DNA of 64,000 nucleotides from Nitrospirales bacterium (GTDB lineage Bacteria > Nitrospirota > Nitrospiria > Nitrospirales > UBA8639). Under the pieces are notes generated by a model. The model had not been told where the DNA came from. It searched no databases and was given only the letters and a program-made list of their open reading frames with translations. Each line of letters starts with the position of its first letter. Position 1 is the first letter of the stretch. The translations under genes were made by a program, and so were the position numbers. The stretch lies in NCBI GenBank assembly GCA_963555755.3, contig OY820905.2, positions 4,096,001 through 4,160,000 of the forward strand. The letters run 5' to 3'. Positions 30,396-42,000 of the stretch are shown here, one piece after another.

Positions 30396-33300
30396 TGAAT
30401 CAACCTCTCGCGGATCAATCAGCCCGTGAACGCGCCGCCACGGCTGCGGATGTGAATATCGTCGTGACCGCTGGTGCTGGAACAGGCAAGACGACCCTCC
30501 TCATTGACCGTCTGACCCACTTGTTGTTGCGGCCTCGTGATCGGGTCACACTCAACCAGATCGTGGCCTTGACCTTCACGAATAAAGCGGCCAGTGAAAT
30601 GAAGTTGCGGCTTCGGCAACGCCTCCTGGTGATGCAAGAACTCAGCCGGGGAGGATCCAATCACGCGGAACCCTTACGCTATGAAGCCCGAGTCATCAGA
30701 GATCTCCAAGCCTTGTATGGTCTGACCGATCAACAAGTGGCGGATGTCGCCGAGCAGACGCTCTATGATGTAGAACGTGCTCATCTCGAAACCATCCATA
30801 GCTTTGCGGCATACGTGCTGCGGTTGTTTCCGGTCGAGGCTGGTGTTGATCCGTCGTTTCAAGAGGATGATGGCACGCAGTTCAACGCCCATTTTCATCG
30901 GGAATGGACTCGGTGGTTGGATCATGAATTAGACAAGGCTAGTCCCAATCGTGAAATCTGGCGCGCCATTTTACAGTTGGTCAGTCTTGATGATTTGCAA
31001 ACTTTTGCTCGGGCCTTGATGGATGAATTTATTCCACTGACAAGCCTGGCCACATTACACATGGCAGATGCGTTTCCACACGTGGTTCGAACCTGGATCA
31101 GTGGGTTGATCGAAACGGCACGGGATTTACGAACCGCTCACCCGAAGGATCAAACACTCGAGACGATGTTGGACGATGCGATCGTTCAACTGAATGCGCT
31201 CACTCGAGACGGTCAGACAGAAAAGAGTGAGGAGGGGTCCCGGCTCACTCGACCGATTCCCGCGCAGACGAAGTCTTGGTCAGATGAAGACTATGAACAG
31301 GCTCGATCCATTCTGAAAGTGGCACGCGCGAGTCAAAATCCGATCCCGAAACCCTTGTGGGATTTTCTAGGCCTCTTGTTCCCCTTTGTCGAAGAATGCC
31401 AACGGACATTTCTCAAGGCCGGCTGGCTGTCGTTTAACGGGCTCTTAACCAAGGCACGGGACCTGCTTCGTGATTCGCCACGGGTACGACGAGAAATCAA
31501 ACAGCAATTCCACGCGATTTTGGTTGATGAGTTTCAGGATACGGACCCGGTTCAATACGAACTGATTTTGTACTTGGCCGAAGACTCGAAATACGATGCA
31601 CGTGCGTGGTCGCAGGTCCGGTTGGCGCCGGGCAAGCTCTTCATTGTGGGCGATCCCAAACAATCGATTTATGCGTTTCGACGAGCGGATATCGAAGCCT
31701 ATGATTCCGTCATTCATGATCTCGTGTTGGGCCAAGCAACCAGCGGAGAACAACTGACCTTGCGCAGTAATTTTCGCTCTCATGCAGGTGTGCTAGAGCC
31801 TGTAAATGCGTGCTGTCGGAAGTGGTTTCCCCACGAGGCGGTCAAGGGGGTTCAGCCTCGGTATGAAGATCTCTTGCCGGTTGAATCAGAATCCGTACCC
31901 TCCCAGGATGAAGGTGTGCAAGTCCGATTAGTGCGATTTCTTGAAGATACCGTGGATACCGAGGCCGCCACTCGCGCCGAGGCGCAGGAGCTCGCTCGCT
32001 GGCTCGCCGAAGACGTGTTCGATCAACAACACATTCTTATCAACGATGCTGCTGTGGCAATCCAACCGCGACATGTGGCGATCTTGTTTCGTACGCTCAC
32101 GCATTTGCACGTGTATGTCGAAGCGCTTCGACAGTGTGGCATTCCCTATGTGACCGAAGGCGAAAAACATTTTTTTGAGCGTCAAGAAATTATCGATTGC
32201 ATCAATCTATTACAGGTGTTGGCCGATCCGTATGATCGTGTGGCTCTTGCCGGGGTCCTTCGTTCGCCGCTAGGGGGGTGTTCCGATGATGTGGTGGCCA
32301 AACTTCTTCGCGCAGGGCATTTGGATGATTGGCAGAAGAAGCCCTTGTCATCTGATACGCCAGCGATTTTTGGCGTCTTGCAAAATCTGTGTGGAGAGGT
32401 GTTGACGCAGCCAGTGGCCGACGTCTTGGACCGTATTTTTAGAACCACGCCCTTCATCGAATTAACGGCAGCCTCGATGGATGGAGAACAAGCTGTGGCG
32501 AATGTGTGCAAGCTTCAAGACATTACGGAAGCTTTTGCTCAACAATCTGGTGCAGGATTTCGGAGCGTGGTCAACACGCTCACTCAATGGATTCATGATC
32601 CGCCGCCGGAAGCGGAAAGTTCCTTGATTGATGATGAGTCTGATGCCCTGCCATCACCTGGCGCCGTGCGGCTTATGAGCATTCATAAAGCCAAGGGCTT
32701 GGAATTCCCTATGGTCATTTTGGCGGGCTTGCACCGAGGGGCCGACCCCAAGGGGAAATCGATTTGGGTCGATCATGATTGGCTGACTGATTGTTTGGGC
32801 ATGCAGCTAGGCTCGTATTATTCGCTGGGGGGGGTGTATCTTGAAAGTAAGATGGATGCGCGGCAGCGTGCCGAGCAGATTCGTCTACTGTATGTGGCCA
32901 TGACGCGTGCGCAACGCCGCCTGGTGTTGTTCGCGGGATTGCCCACGACGGCGGGCGTCGTCCCTCGAGGGTTACTGGGGATGATTGTGAAAGGTCTGGG
33001 AATTGATCCTGAGGTGTTCAACACGTCCGAACAGCATTCCATTCATCACACATTAAGTGTCGGAGGGGCCGTGGTTTCGCTCGATGTGGTGACGGTCTCC
33101 AAGGGAACACAGTATAGCCAACAACAGAAGCCTCAGGCATGGCAGACTCTTGATGCCGATGCCGTCGAGCAGCCGTCCCCGTGGATTCAACGATACGAGC
33201 GAATGGTTGCTGGACAGGGGCGGTTGCTTTTTGTGACACCAACAAGTTTGAAAAAGATTGACTCGAAGTTGTCCTCTGGGGGTGAACAGGAAGGGCCTGT

Positions 33301-33880
33301 CCCTATCCAACCTTTCGCGTCACAGTTTGCCGGTCATCGGTCTCGCGATCGTCAGGCTCTGGTGGGCACTCTGGCACATCGGGTGTTGCAAAGCTGGAAT
33401 TTTCAAGACGATCCTGAGAAACTTCCTGCCTGGATTGAAGACCTCTGTCGCCGAGGCATCCCTGATGATTGGCAAGACGAGGCGCAGGATCTTGCGAACG
33501 AATTGAGGGACGTGTTTAATAGCTTTGTTCGCACCGCCCCCTATGCCATTCTTCGTCAAGCTGAGATCCTGGGACGAGAAGTACCTATTTCTGTTCCTTG
33601 GCGTGAGAGGGGTTCTTCTGGTGCCACCGTGGAACACAGTTCACCCGCTGTCTTGCATGGCGTCATCGATGTCGTGTATCGCTGGAAAAAACAAGTTTGG
33701 GTGGCCGATTATAAAACGAATGTCCTTGATCAGTACTCGCCAGATTTTATCAATCGGTTAGTTGCCAAGTACCGTGTGCAAACGATAGCCTATCGGGAGT
33801 CCCTACGTGGGGTCTTTGCGGATACGCCAGTCAGGGCCCACGTCATATTTTTGCGCAATGGGGTTTCAGTTGAAGTGTGA
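30395..33880 (+). CDS. addA: AddA-like UvrD helicase/nuclease subunit A
   Basis: AGAGTGKT, LVDEFQDT, VGDPKQSIYAFRRAD, SIHKAKGLEF, YVAMTRA, GVID..DYKT. Confidence 0.9.
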   Translation: MNQPLADQSARERAATAADVNIVVTAGAGTGKTTLLIDRLTHLLLRPRDRVTLNQIVALTFTNKAASEMKLRLRQRLLVMQELSRGGSNHAEPLRYEARVIRDLQALYGLTDQQVADVAEQTLYDVERAHLETIHSFAAYVLRLFPVEAGVDPSFQEDDGTQFNAHFHREWTRWLDHELDKASPNREIWRAILQLVSLDDLQTFARALMDEFIPLTSLATLHMADAFPHVVRTWISGLIETARDLRTAHPKDQTLETMLDDAIVQLNALTRDGQTEKSEEGSRLTRPIPAQTKSWSDEDYEQARSILKVARASQNPIPKPLWDFLGLLFPFVEECQRTFLKAGWLSFNGLLTKARDLLRDSPRVRREIKQQFHAILVDEFQDTDPVQYELILYLAEDSKYDARAWSQVRLAPGKLFIVGDPKQSIYAFRRADIEAYDSVIHDLVLGQATSGEQLTLRSNFRSHAGVLEPVNACCRKWFPHEAVKGVQPRYEDLLPVESESVPSQDEGVQVRLVRFLEDTVDTEAATRAEAQELARWLAEDVFDQQHILINDAAVAIQPRHVAILFRTLTHLHVYVEALRQCGIPYVTEGEKHFFERQEIIDCINLLQVLADPYDRVALAGVLRSPLGGCSDDVVAKLLRAGHLDDWQKKPLSSDTPAIFGVLQNLCGEVLTQPVADVLDRIFRTTPFIELTAASMDGEQAVANVCKLQDITEAFAQQSGAGFRSVVNTLTQWIHDPPPEAESSLIDDESDALPSPGAVRLMSIHKAKGLEFPMVILAGLHRGADPKGKSIWVDHDWLTDCLGMQLGSYYSLGGVYLESKMDARQRAEQIRLLYVAMTRAQRRLVLFAGLPTTAGVVPRGLLGMIVKGLGIDPEVFNTSEQHSIHHTLSVGGAVVSLDVVTVSKGTQYSQQQKPQAWQTLDADAVEQPSPWIQRYERMVAGQGRLLFVTPTSLKKIDSKLSSGGEQEGPVPIQPFASQFAGHRSRDRQALVGTLAHRVLQSWNFQDDPEKLPAWIEDLCRRGIPDDWQDEAQDLANELRDVFNSFVRTAPYAILRQAEILGREVPISVPWRERGSSGATVEHSSPAVLHGVIDVVYRWKKQVWVADYKTNVLDQYSPDFINRLVAKYRVQTIAYRESLRGVFADTPVRAHVIFLRNGVSVEV

Positions 33881-33978
33881 GGGGTTAGAGGGTAAAGAGT
33901 GAGGAGAGGGAAAGGATTTTTTTGACTGTAACGTCTGACTCCTTACTATTTTCCAAACAGAAAAAGGAGAACGAAACG

Positions 33979-34470
33979 ATGATGAGTTACCGGGGAGGGA
34001 CATTGGGCTGTGTGTTGATCGGAGTGGTGCTGCTGGGCGCATGCTCGAGCACACCGAAAACGGTGAAACAGCCTACACTTAACGCGCCGTTAAACGCGGA
34101 CCCAACGGCCATATCCGCCGTCAATGAAGGCAACCAACTCTTTGCCTCGGGTCGATGGCAACCCGCCAAGGCGCAATATGAAAAAGCCCTACAAGCCCAG
34201 GACACCATTGCCGAAGCACATTATAATTTAGCCTTGACCTTAGATCGTTTGGGAGACCGGGAAACCGCTGACAAGCACTATATCGAAGCCGCCAACCTGG
34301 CTCCTGGGCATAAAATCATTTGGAATTCACGAAAATTTCGTCGCTACGGTGATGTGAGGGTAGAGAAGAGCAATGCCGCTGCACCAGGACTCCCGTCGAT
34401 AGGTGGAGCCAATCCAGGTAGTTTAGGCGGTGGTGGAAGAGGGGGAGGGATTGGGGCTGGAGGTCTCTAG
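33979..34470 (+). CDS. TPR-repeat lipoprotein
   Basis: Lipobox LGAC; AEAHYNLAL TPR; Gly-rich tail. Confidence 0.8.
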   Translation: MMSYRGGTLGCVLIGVVLLGACSSTPKTVKQPTLNAPLNADPTAISAVNEGNQLFASGRWQPAKAQYEKALQAQDTIAEAHYNLALTLDRLGDRETADKHYIEAANLAPGHKIIWNSRKFRRYGDVRVEKSNAAAPGLPSIGGANPGSLGGGGRGGGIGAGGL

Positions 34471-34471
34471 T

Positions 34472-35284
34472 TTAACGAGTCTTCCGATATCCCTGGAGAA
34501 TCATGATCCCTCCAAGGAGCACCATAGGGACGCTCAAGAGCTGTCCCATGGTTAACGGCCCGAGTAAGAATCCAAGATGGGCATCCGGCTCACGAAACAG
34601 TTCCACGAAACTTCGGAATAATCCATAGCCCCCGATGAAGCCCCAAAACACGGTGCCCGGGGGCGTGTCACGACGCCCGACCATCCACAGTAGAAGAAAC
34701 AAGGCCACCCCTTCGAGTCCAGCTTCGTACAGTTGCGACGGGTGCCTACAAGCATCCCCGCCTCGTGGGAAGACCATGCACCAGTCGACATCCGTCGATC
34801 GGCCATAGAGTTCTCCATTTATAAAGTTGCCCATCCGGCCAAATCCTAATCCGATCGGGACAGCTTGGGCGGCCAAGTCTGCGATGGTGTACACGGCAAA
34901 GCCCTTGCGGCGACAGAAAAACCAAATGGCTACGCAGGTGCCTAGTAATCCGCCGTGAAAAGACATCCCACCTTCCCAGACCGCTAAAATGCTTAATGGG
35001 TGTTCTAAGTAGTACCCCGCGTTGTAAAACAGGGTATAGCCAAGCCGTCCGCCCAGAAACACCCCTAACGCGGCATAGACAATCAAGTCAGATAATTGGT
35101 CCTGGCTGAGAGAAATGTTTTTGGCCCGTGCACGTGCTCGGATTAAAAAATAGGCCCCAGTGAGTCCCAACAGATACATGAGCCCATACCAGCGAAACTT
35201 CAGCGGCCCAAGGCTAAAAAAAACAGGATCAATCTCTGGAAAAGGAATGGCGGAGAGTAGGGGGAAATCGAAAGCAAACGGCAT
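34472..35284 (-). CDS. lgt: Prolipoprotein diacylglyceryl transferase
   Basis: RWYGLMY, GGMSFHGG, GRMGNFINGELYGR, HPSQLYE. Confidence 0.97.
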   Translation of the reverse strand: MPFAFDFPLLSAIPFPEIDPVFFSLGPLKFRWYGLMYLLGLTGAYFLIRARARAKNISLSQDQLSDLIVYAALGVFLGGRLGYTLFYNAGYYLEHPLSILAVWEGGMSFHGGLLGTCVAIWFFCRRKGFAVYTIADLAAQAVPIGLGFGRMGNFINGELYGRSTDVDWCMVFPRGGDACRHPSQLYEAGLEGVALFLLLWMVGRRDTPPGTVFWGFIGGYGLFRSFVELFREPDAHLGFLLGPLTMGQLLSVPMVLLGGIMILQGYRKTR

Positions 35285-35428
35285 CAATACAATATCCTAA
35301 CTGAGAGTTACGGAATGAGCGATAAAAAATGCGGCTTCCGATAGTCGGGACGCTGCTGCATCCTAGGGGGGAGCCAGTAGTTTTTCAAGGAAGAAGGGGA
35401 AGGTGGCGTTGCCTTGAGAAATAAATTG

Positions 35429-35563
35429 GTCATTCCCGACATTTTTTATCGGGAATCCAGGTTTTCCCTCTCACACTTCAACCCCTCTTTTGTCATTTCG
35501 ACCCATGGGAGAAATCTCTCGTTCGGTAATGGGGGGAGATTTCTCGCTCCGCTCGAAATGACA
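35429..35563. repeat. REP-like palindrome cluster (similar cluster at 35940-36076)
   Basis: gtcattcccgac..atcgggaatccag plus gtcatttcgacc..gagaaatct / agatttctc..cgaaatgaca. Confidence 0.75.
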
Positions 35564-35599
35564 AATAAGTTTTCTTGTAAATGGTTGAAAAGTTTTTAT

Positions 35600-35872
35600 G
35601 TGGGGTGTCGTCCCCACGCGACGAGGCACTTGTGTTTCGGCAAAAGTGCCCAAAACCACGTTTGCCCGTGCATGGCCCTGCGGGTGTCTCTGCCTCCGCC
35701 CCGAATCCTTCGACTCCGCTCAGGACAGGTCAGATCAGATGGCTGCGCAACTCGCGGAATCTATCCTGAGCCCTTCGACAAGCTCAGGCCAGGCCTTGTC
35801 GAAGGGCTCAAACAGTGCTCGCCAAAGGGGTCGATTCGGTGCTCCGTCTCCGCCGCGCACGAAGGCGGGGCC
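35600..35872 (+). repeat. Structured repeat, copy C, with nested ccttcgac..ctcagg palindromes
   Basis: Same family as copy A. Confidence 0.8.
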
Positions 35873-36129
35873 GAAGTGACATTTCTATATGTTGAAGGGA
35901 TGGGAAAGGTTTGTTAAGTTGAGGTCGTTTAATTTTTCACGTCATTCCCGACATTTTTAATCGGGAATCCAGGTTTTTCCCTCTCACCCTTCAACCCTTC
36001 CTTCGTCATTTCGACCCTTGGGAGAAATCTCTCGTTCGACAATGAGGGGAGATTTCTCGCTCCGCTCGATATGACAATCAATGATTATGTAAGGTTGCTC
36101 CTTCATTTTCTGCCTCGATCTTGGGACTC

Positions 36130-36246
36130 CGCGTTGGGCGAGGCGGAGGGCTGCGCACAGGCGAGAATGGTTTTGGGTCCTTGCGCCGAAACAAAAGGCC
36201 TGCCCTGAGTCTTGGCGAGGGGACCTCGTCGCGCGGGGGGGGGGGG
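36130..36246 (-). repeat. Structured repeat, copy D (shortened; remainder at 38825-38846 beyond the IS)
   Basis: atggttttgggtcc..gccgaaacaaaagg..cctcgtcgcgcg | IS | aaccccgc. Confidence 0.7.
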
Positions 36247-38824
36247 CAATGGCATTCGGTTTGGTTCGAACGAACAATCTGCCTTCTCTGTTATCAGCGG
36301 AACTGGTTGATTGATCAGGGCTTCTGAACCGAAGTCGCCCTGGTGTCCTTTTTCGCTTGACTTCTTTTCCGTCTTCTGAGAGACTATCCTCGATGAAGAC
36401 TGTGGACACCTTACCCAAGACGACCTTTAGCGGGCGGCGGTTCACCCGCAAGCAGTTGGCGCAGGTCCAAGAAACCGTCCAGCTGTTCCCCCACCTGAGT
36501 CGGAAGGAATTGGCCCTCACCGTCTGTGAGCATCTCAGCTGGACCACGCCGACGGGCCACAACAAGATTCATTCCTGTTTGACCTTGCTGACCGAGCTGG
36601 AAGCGCACGGGATCGTGACTCTGCCGGCCACGCGCCACAAGCGCGCGCCGGGACACCCCATCCCTGCGTTTCACGAGCCGCCCCCCACCGAGCCACTCAC
36701 CGACACCCTCGCCGCCGTGGCCCCAATTACCCTGCACCGGGTGGTCTCGAAAGAGGAACGCGAGAGCTGGAAAGCCTACCTGCAGACCTATCATTATTTG
36801 GGCTATAAACACCCGATCGGGGCCCAGCTGGGCTATCTGGTGAGATCGGCCGCCCAGCCGTACCCGCTGGGCTGTCTGCTGTTTTCGGCCTCGGCCGCCT
36901 GGGCGCTGGCCCCCAGAGATCACTGGATTGGCTGGGACGTGACGCACCGGAGGAAGCTCCTGCCATTGGTGTTGCGCAATGATCGGTTTTTGATCTTTCC
37001 GTGGATTGACGTGCCGAATCTCGCCAGCCATGTGCTGGCGCGGGCCACCAAGCAGATCGGGGACGACTGGGTTGAAGTCTACGGTTATCGCCCGGTGCTG
37101 ATTGAAACGTTCATCGATCCCTCCCGGTTTGCCGGGACCTGTTATCGAGCGGCCAATTGGCACTTCGTGGGCTACACCGAGGGGCGCGGGCGGTTTGGCT
37201 CAACGTCGGACCGTCCACCCACGACAAAAGAGATTTTTCTCTATCCGCTCCAACCCGACTGGCGCGCGTGCCTGACTGCCGGGCATCGAGCCGTCACGGT
37301 GAAGACACGCTATCGCAACGACGTGCGAGCCAGTCGCACACGGTCCGTCGGGGAAGGGTTTGTCGCCTGGTGGAAACAGGTGGTCCACATCCTCCACGAC
37401 GTGGCGGCCCAGTACGATGACCAGTGGCGCGTCCGGAAACGGGTGATCGATTCCCTGATCCTGATGCTGTTGATCTTTCGGTTGGTGTCGTCAACCAACT
37501 CCCAAAGTTACGGCACCACCATTGATGACTTGTGGGACAGTTGCGACAACCTGGCGCTCGCGCTCCCGCAACCCCACAGCATCGCGCCGGCGTCCTTTTG
37601 TGTCGCACGTCGCAAACTGGACGAAGCCATTTTCCAGTCCGTCAACCGGAACATTCTGGACGCCTATGCCCCACACGACTCCAACGACACCTGGTTGGGC
37701 CATCGGGTGTTTGCCGTCGATGGCTCCAAGCTTACACTGCCCCGCGCGTTGCGGGCGTGTGGCTACCCCTTGCCCTCTGACAATGCACACTATCCTCAAG
37801 GGTTGCTGAGTTGCCTCTACCACCTCACGTCGCAAGTGCCCTGGGATTTCGACCTCGTCGCGCATGGCAACGAGCGACGGTGCGCCCTGCGGCACCTGGC
37901 TGTGCTGAAGCCCAACGATGTCGTGGTGTACGATCGAGGCTATTTCTCCTACGTCCTGCTGCATCAGCACTGGACCGCCGGGATCCACGCCGTGTTTCGT
38001 CTCCAAGACAGCGGGTTCAAGGAGATTCAAGAGTTTTTTGCCGGCCCGGACACCGACACCACGGTCACCCTCTTCCCCGCCGCACGCACGCAACGAGACA
38101 TCCGGGCGGTCTATCCTGATCTCGCCATCATCCCGTTGAGCCTGCGGCTTCTGAAATATGAGATGGCCGGCAGCCGATTTTGCTTGGGCACCACCCTGGT
38201 CGGCCCCCAGCAGCGGTATCCGCTCCAGGAGTTCATGGATCTCTACCATGCCCGTTGGGGCATCGAGGAACTCTACAAGGTGAGCAAGCGCCTGTTCCTC
38301 ATCGAGGAGTTTCATGCCAAAACCGAGCGCGGCGTCAAACAAGAGCTCTTCGCGCATTTCGTCCTGATCACCATGAACCGGCTGTTCGCCAATCGGGCGG
38401 ACCACGCACTCAATCCCGAAGCCCCCGCAGCTGAGCCCATGGCCCCTCCCGGATCGTCCATAGTTGGAACCGGCACCGGGGCGAGGCGGACATTCAAGAC
38501 CAACTTCAAACATTGCCTTCACGTGTTTGCGCGAAGCTTCGAAGATCTGCTCGTGCTCCATGCTCGGATGCAGACCGCCGTCCAACGGGCCTTCGAGTCC
38601 ATTGTGAGTCACTACCAACGGGTGAGGCCGGGCCGATCCTATCCTCGAACATCCATGAAACCGGAGTCCACGTGGCATCCACCCAAAAAGAACAGCCAGT
38701 CCAAGAACCCCACAGGGTCGATGGCCTCTATCTGAAAGTCCCTTAAGCACATGGAATCCGTTTCTTAAACGAATGAGCCAAATCCTTAAACGAATGCCGC
38801 CCATTCCTTAAACGAATGCCATTG
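36247..38824 (+). mobile_element. IS4-family insertion sequence
   Basis: TIR CAATGGCATTCG at both ends; flanked by G12 and G13. Confidence 0.9.
36393..38735 (+). CDS. DUF4338 domain fused to IS4 DDE transposase
   Basis: YHYLGY..IETFID..GTCYRAANW then FAVDGS, YDRGY, YHARWGIEELYK. Confidence 0.9.
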   Translation: MKTVDTLPKTTFSGRRFTRKQLAQVQETVQLFPHLSRKELALTVCEHLSWTTPTGHNKIHSCLTLLTELEAHGIVTLPATRHKRAPGHPIPAFHEPPPTEPLTDTLAAVAPITLHRVVSKEERESWKAYLQTYHYLGYKHPIGAQLGYLVRSAAQPYPLGCLLFSASAAWALAPRDHWIGWDVTHRRKLLPLVLRNDRFLIFPWIDVPNLASHVLARATKQIGDDWVEVYGYRPVLIETFIDPSRFAGTCYRAANWHFVGYTEGRGRFGSTSDRPPTTKEIFLYPLQPDWRACLTAGHRAVTVKTRYRNDVRASRTRSVGEGFVAWWKQVVHILHDVAAQYDDQWRVRKRVIDSLILMLLIFRLVSSTNSQSYGTTIDDLWDSCDNLALALPQPHSIAPASFCVARRKLDEAIFQSVNRNILDAYAPHDSNDTWLGHRVFAVDGSKLTLPRALRACGYPLPSDNAHYPQGLLSCLYHLTSQVPWDFDLVAHGNERRCALRHLAVLKPNDVVVYDRGYFSYVLLHQHWTAGIHAVFRLQDSGFKEIQEFFAGPDTDTTVTLFPAARTQRDIRAVYPDLAIIPLSLRLLKYEMAGSRFCLGTTLVGPQQRYPLQEFMDLYHARWGIEELYKVSKRLFLIEEFHAKTERGVKQELFAHFVLITMNRLFANRADHALNPEAPAAEPMAPPGSSIVGTGTGARRTFKTNFKHCLHVFARSFEDLLVLHARMQTAVQRAFESIVSHYQRVRPGRSYPRTSMKPESTWHPPKKNSQSKNPTGSMASI

Positions 38825-39001
38825 GGGGGGGGGGGGGAACCCCGCATAAATAAAATTCTGGATTCCCGCTAACTATCTGCGGGAATGACAGCAATTGTAA
38901 TTCCTTCTTCCATCCTCACCCCAATGTGGTATAAATGACTGTTTGGCCTTTTTTCGGTTTGGCTTTTTTAAATCCTACGAGAAATCTAAAAGCGTAATTT
39001 C

Positions 39002-42000
39002 ATGATCAATTACCTCAAAGCGCTACCGCCGAATATCGTCTATACCGTGGCTCCCAAAGAGTATGTGGTGCGAGGGTATGATTATTTCCATAAGGAACGG
39101 CTTGAATCCTTTCGGTGGGAGCACGATGGCTCTCTCTTAACAGCGGTGGTGATGGGGACCCGGAGATATGCGGTTGATTTTATGTTATTGGACGATAAGC
39201 TGGATTTTCTCTGTAACTGTCCGGCTTGGGCACCGACTACCCAGTGTAAGCATGTGATCTGTGCATTGCTGACAATTATTAACTTGCTCGACCCCATTCA
39301 TTTTAACGTGGCTCGGCACCAACCGGGCCGGCTAGAGAAACTCCGAGGGGCGTTGTTGTCCGGTGGCAGTGGACGCGGGCAGTTGCTCCGGTCGCCTTTT
39401 TCTCCTCCAAGCCCGGCCCCGCCCAAATCCGATGATTTTGAATTGGTGATTCATCTCCGAGAACAGTACCCCGAGCTGTCGGTTCGCAATCATGGGCAAC
39501 GTGTCTACACGCTTCGTGGGGTGCCAGAAACCCTGGCATATTTTATTGGCGATTTTTACCATTCGTTTTCCATTCATCGCGATCGATTGGCGCAACATCT
39601 TCAAGCGGCGGGAAACCAGTATCCTTTGGTCTTTGAATCCGATGGGGAAGGGATGCGGCTGACGTGGGAAGGGTTTCACCGGTGTGAGACGTACACTGAA
39701 TTACATATGGTCGATGGGCAGGTCACGCTTCGCCCGTTGTATGTACTCGACCGTACCGTGAGGAAGCGAGTGAAATTATTTTGGGACTATGCCGTGGATC
39801 TGGAGCGTCAGATTTTGGTCAAGGTGGAAGAGCCGAATGAATGGGATCTGCAAGCCATGCTCTATAACGAATGGATCTATGGCCTCGAAGCGTTGGATGA
39901 TGAGGAAATCTTTGCATTCTCCCGGGCGTATCGATCCTGGGAGCGAACTCTGAATCGCACAGAGTCTCCTTGGAATCCGTTCAAGTTCGGACTATTCGAG
40001 CGACGTCCGATAGAGCTCCCGCTGCGGCGCGCGCAATTGATGCCCATTCATATTCCTACACAACACTTGCCGGCTACACGGCAACGGTTGATCCTCAAAG
40101 TGAATGGGGTGGTGACGCCACTTTCTCCAGAACACGATACCCCGACTCTTCAACAACCTCGCTATCGATTGGTGGTGCATCCGGTCCAAGATGGTTTGGA
40201 GCCATTGGCTTCCGGGCAAACGATGGCGGTCATTCGAGCGGAGTGCTGGTGGGGGGATTATTGCGCCCCTCCCCATGAACCCACGTTTAGCTTTTTTACC
40301 TGCCTGGAGGGGTACCGCAGTTTGCCGGCTCCTTTGCGGGCCCAAAAACGTCAGAAAATTTTGTGCGAAACATTTATCAAACTTCTGACGGTATCACAGA
40401 CATCAAAGGTCGAGGGTCTTCTTCGAACCGCGCTTTCGCAAGGAGACTTTCAACGGCAGAATATCAAACGGACTGCGAAGCATATGCTCAAACAGTTTTT
40501 TTCTGTGTTTGGAGAGCCGGAAGTTCGGCTGCAGTTTCACCAAGGTCGGTGGCAGCTGTTGACGGTGGACAAAGCCCAAGAGGCCCGGATGTATATATTG
40601 CCCTATGAACAATTTGGCCCGCAGGTGTTTGACAACATGATGCGGCATGATGAAATGCGGTTGCGTCTGGATATTCTGCATCAAGGCTTGCCGCAGTTAT
40701 ATGAATCGTGTCAGGCCGCAGGCATTGAATTGTTTTACCACACCAAGCCGGTGGCTTTGCCAGAGTGGGAATTGTCCCTGGATGCGCACCGTCCTGAGGG
40801 AATCGATTGGTTTGAATTGCGTCCTGAAATCCGGTGCAACGGCAAGTTGATGACCGAGGCCGCGGTTCAACAATTCATGCAAGGACAAGGCATCATCGAA
40901 GGAGATGATGTCGTGCAGATCTTTCCCACCAAAACGCAAGCAGCGCTTCGGGCTCTTTCGTCGTTTTATCGACAGGAGCCATCCAGCAAGGGAATGAAAA
41001 AGGAATGGGTGCGCGTGCCCCGGTTGCAGATCTTTGATTGGATTGCGTTACGGAAGCAAGGAGTGAAAATCACCTTGCCACCAGAGGATGAAGCGATTAT
41101 CGATCGGTTGACTCACTTTGAACACATTGAGGTGCCACCGATTCCCAAACGCCTCACAGCCAAACTGCGGACCTACCAAAAAAATGGCTATGCCTGGTTG
41201 GGGTTTTTGTACCAACACCGATTTGGAGCATGTCTGGCCGATGATATGGGCCTTGGAAAAACCGTGCAGGCCATCAGTCTGTTGGGCGGCATCAAAGAAA
41301 GCATTATTCCGTCCCTGACGAGTCAGCCTGTCCCGCATTTGGTCGTGCTGCCGCCGAGTCTACTCTTCAATTGGGAACAAGAGATTCAAAAATTTTACCC
41401 ATCCTTACGAGTGCAGATGTATGTCGGCGCTGATCGATCGCCAAAATTTGAGGGGTGTGATGTGGTGTTGACCACGTACGGCGTGGTTCGGAGAGATATT
41501 GCGACGTTGGAAACCATCCCCTTTCATATCATTGTCTTTGATGAAGCGCAGGCCGTTAAAAATATTCATGCGGAGACGACCAGCGCAGTCCGCCGTCTGA
41601 AAGGGGCGTTTAAGATGGTGATGACTGGTACGCCGTTGGAAAATCACATCGGCGAATATTATTCACTCATCGATCTGTGCCTTCCCGGACTGCTCGGGGA
41701 CTATGACAAAATCAAGTCGAAAATCACCTCCGCCTCCTCGTCCTTCCTGGAAGTGCTCACGCGGCGAACGAAGCCTTTCGTATTGCGGCGCACCAAAGAA
41801 CAAATCCTGAAAGAATTGCCGCCTAAGACCGAAACCGATGTGTATTTAGATCTTACCGAGCGACAGAAGTCACTCTATCAACACACCATTGCGCAAATCC
41901 GTCCAACCATCGATGACGCCTATCGCACCAAAACGCATGCACAAGCCCGTATCATTGCGCTCACGGCCATTTTGAAATTACGCCAAATCTGCCTATCGCC

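Noticed and set aside
37491..38804. 437-aa minus-strand ORF
   Set aside because: Antisense shadow of the IS4 transposase.
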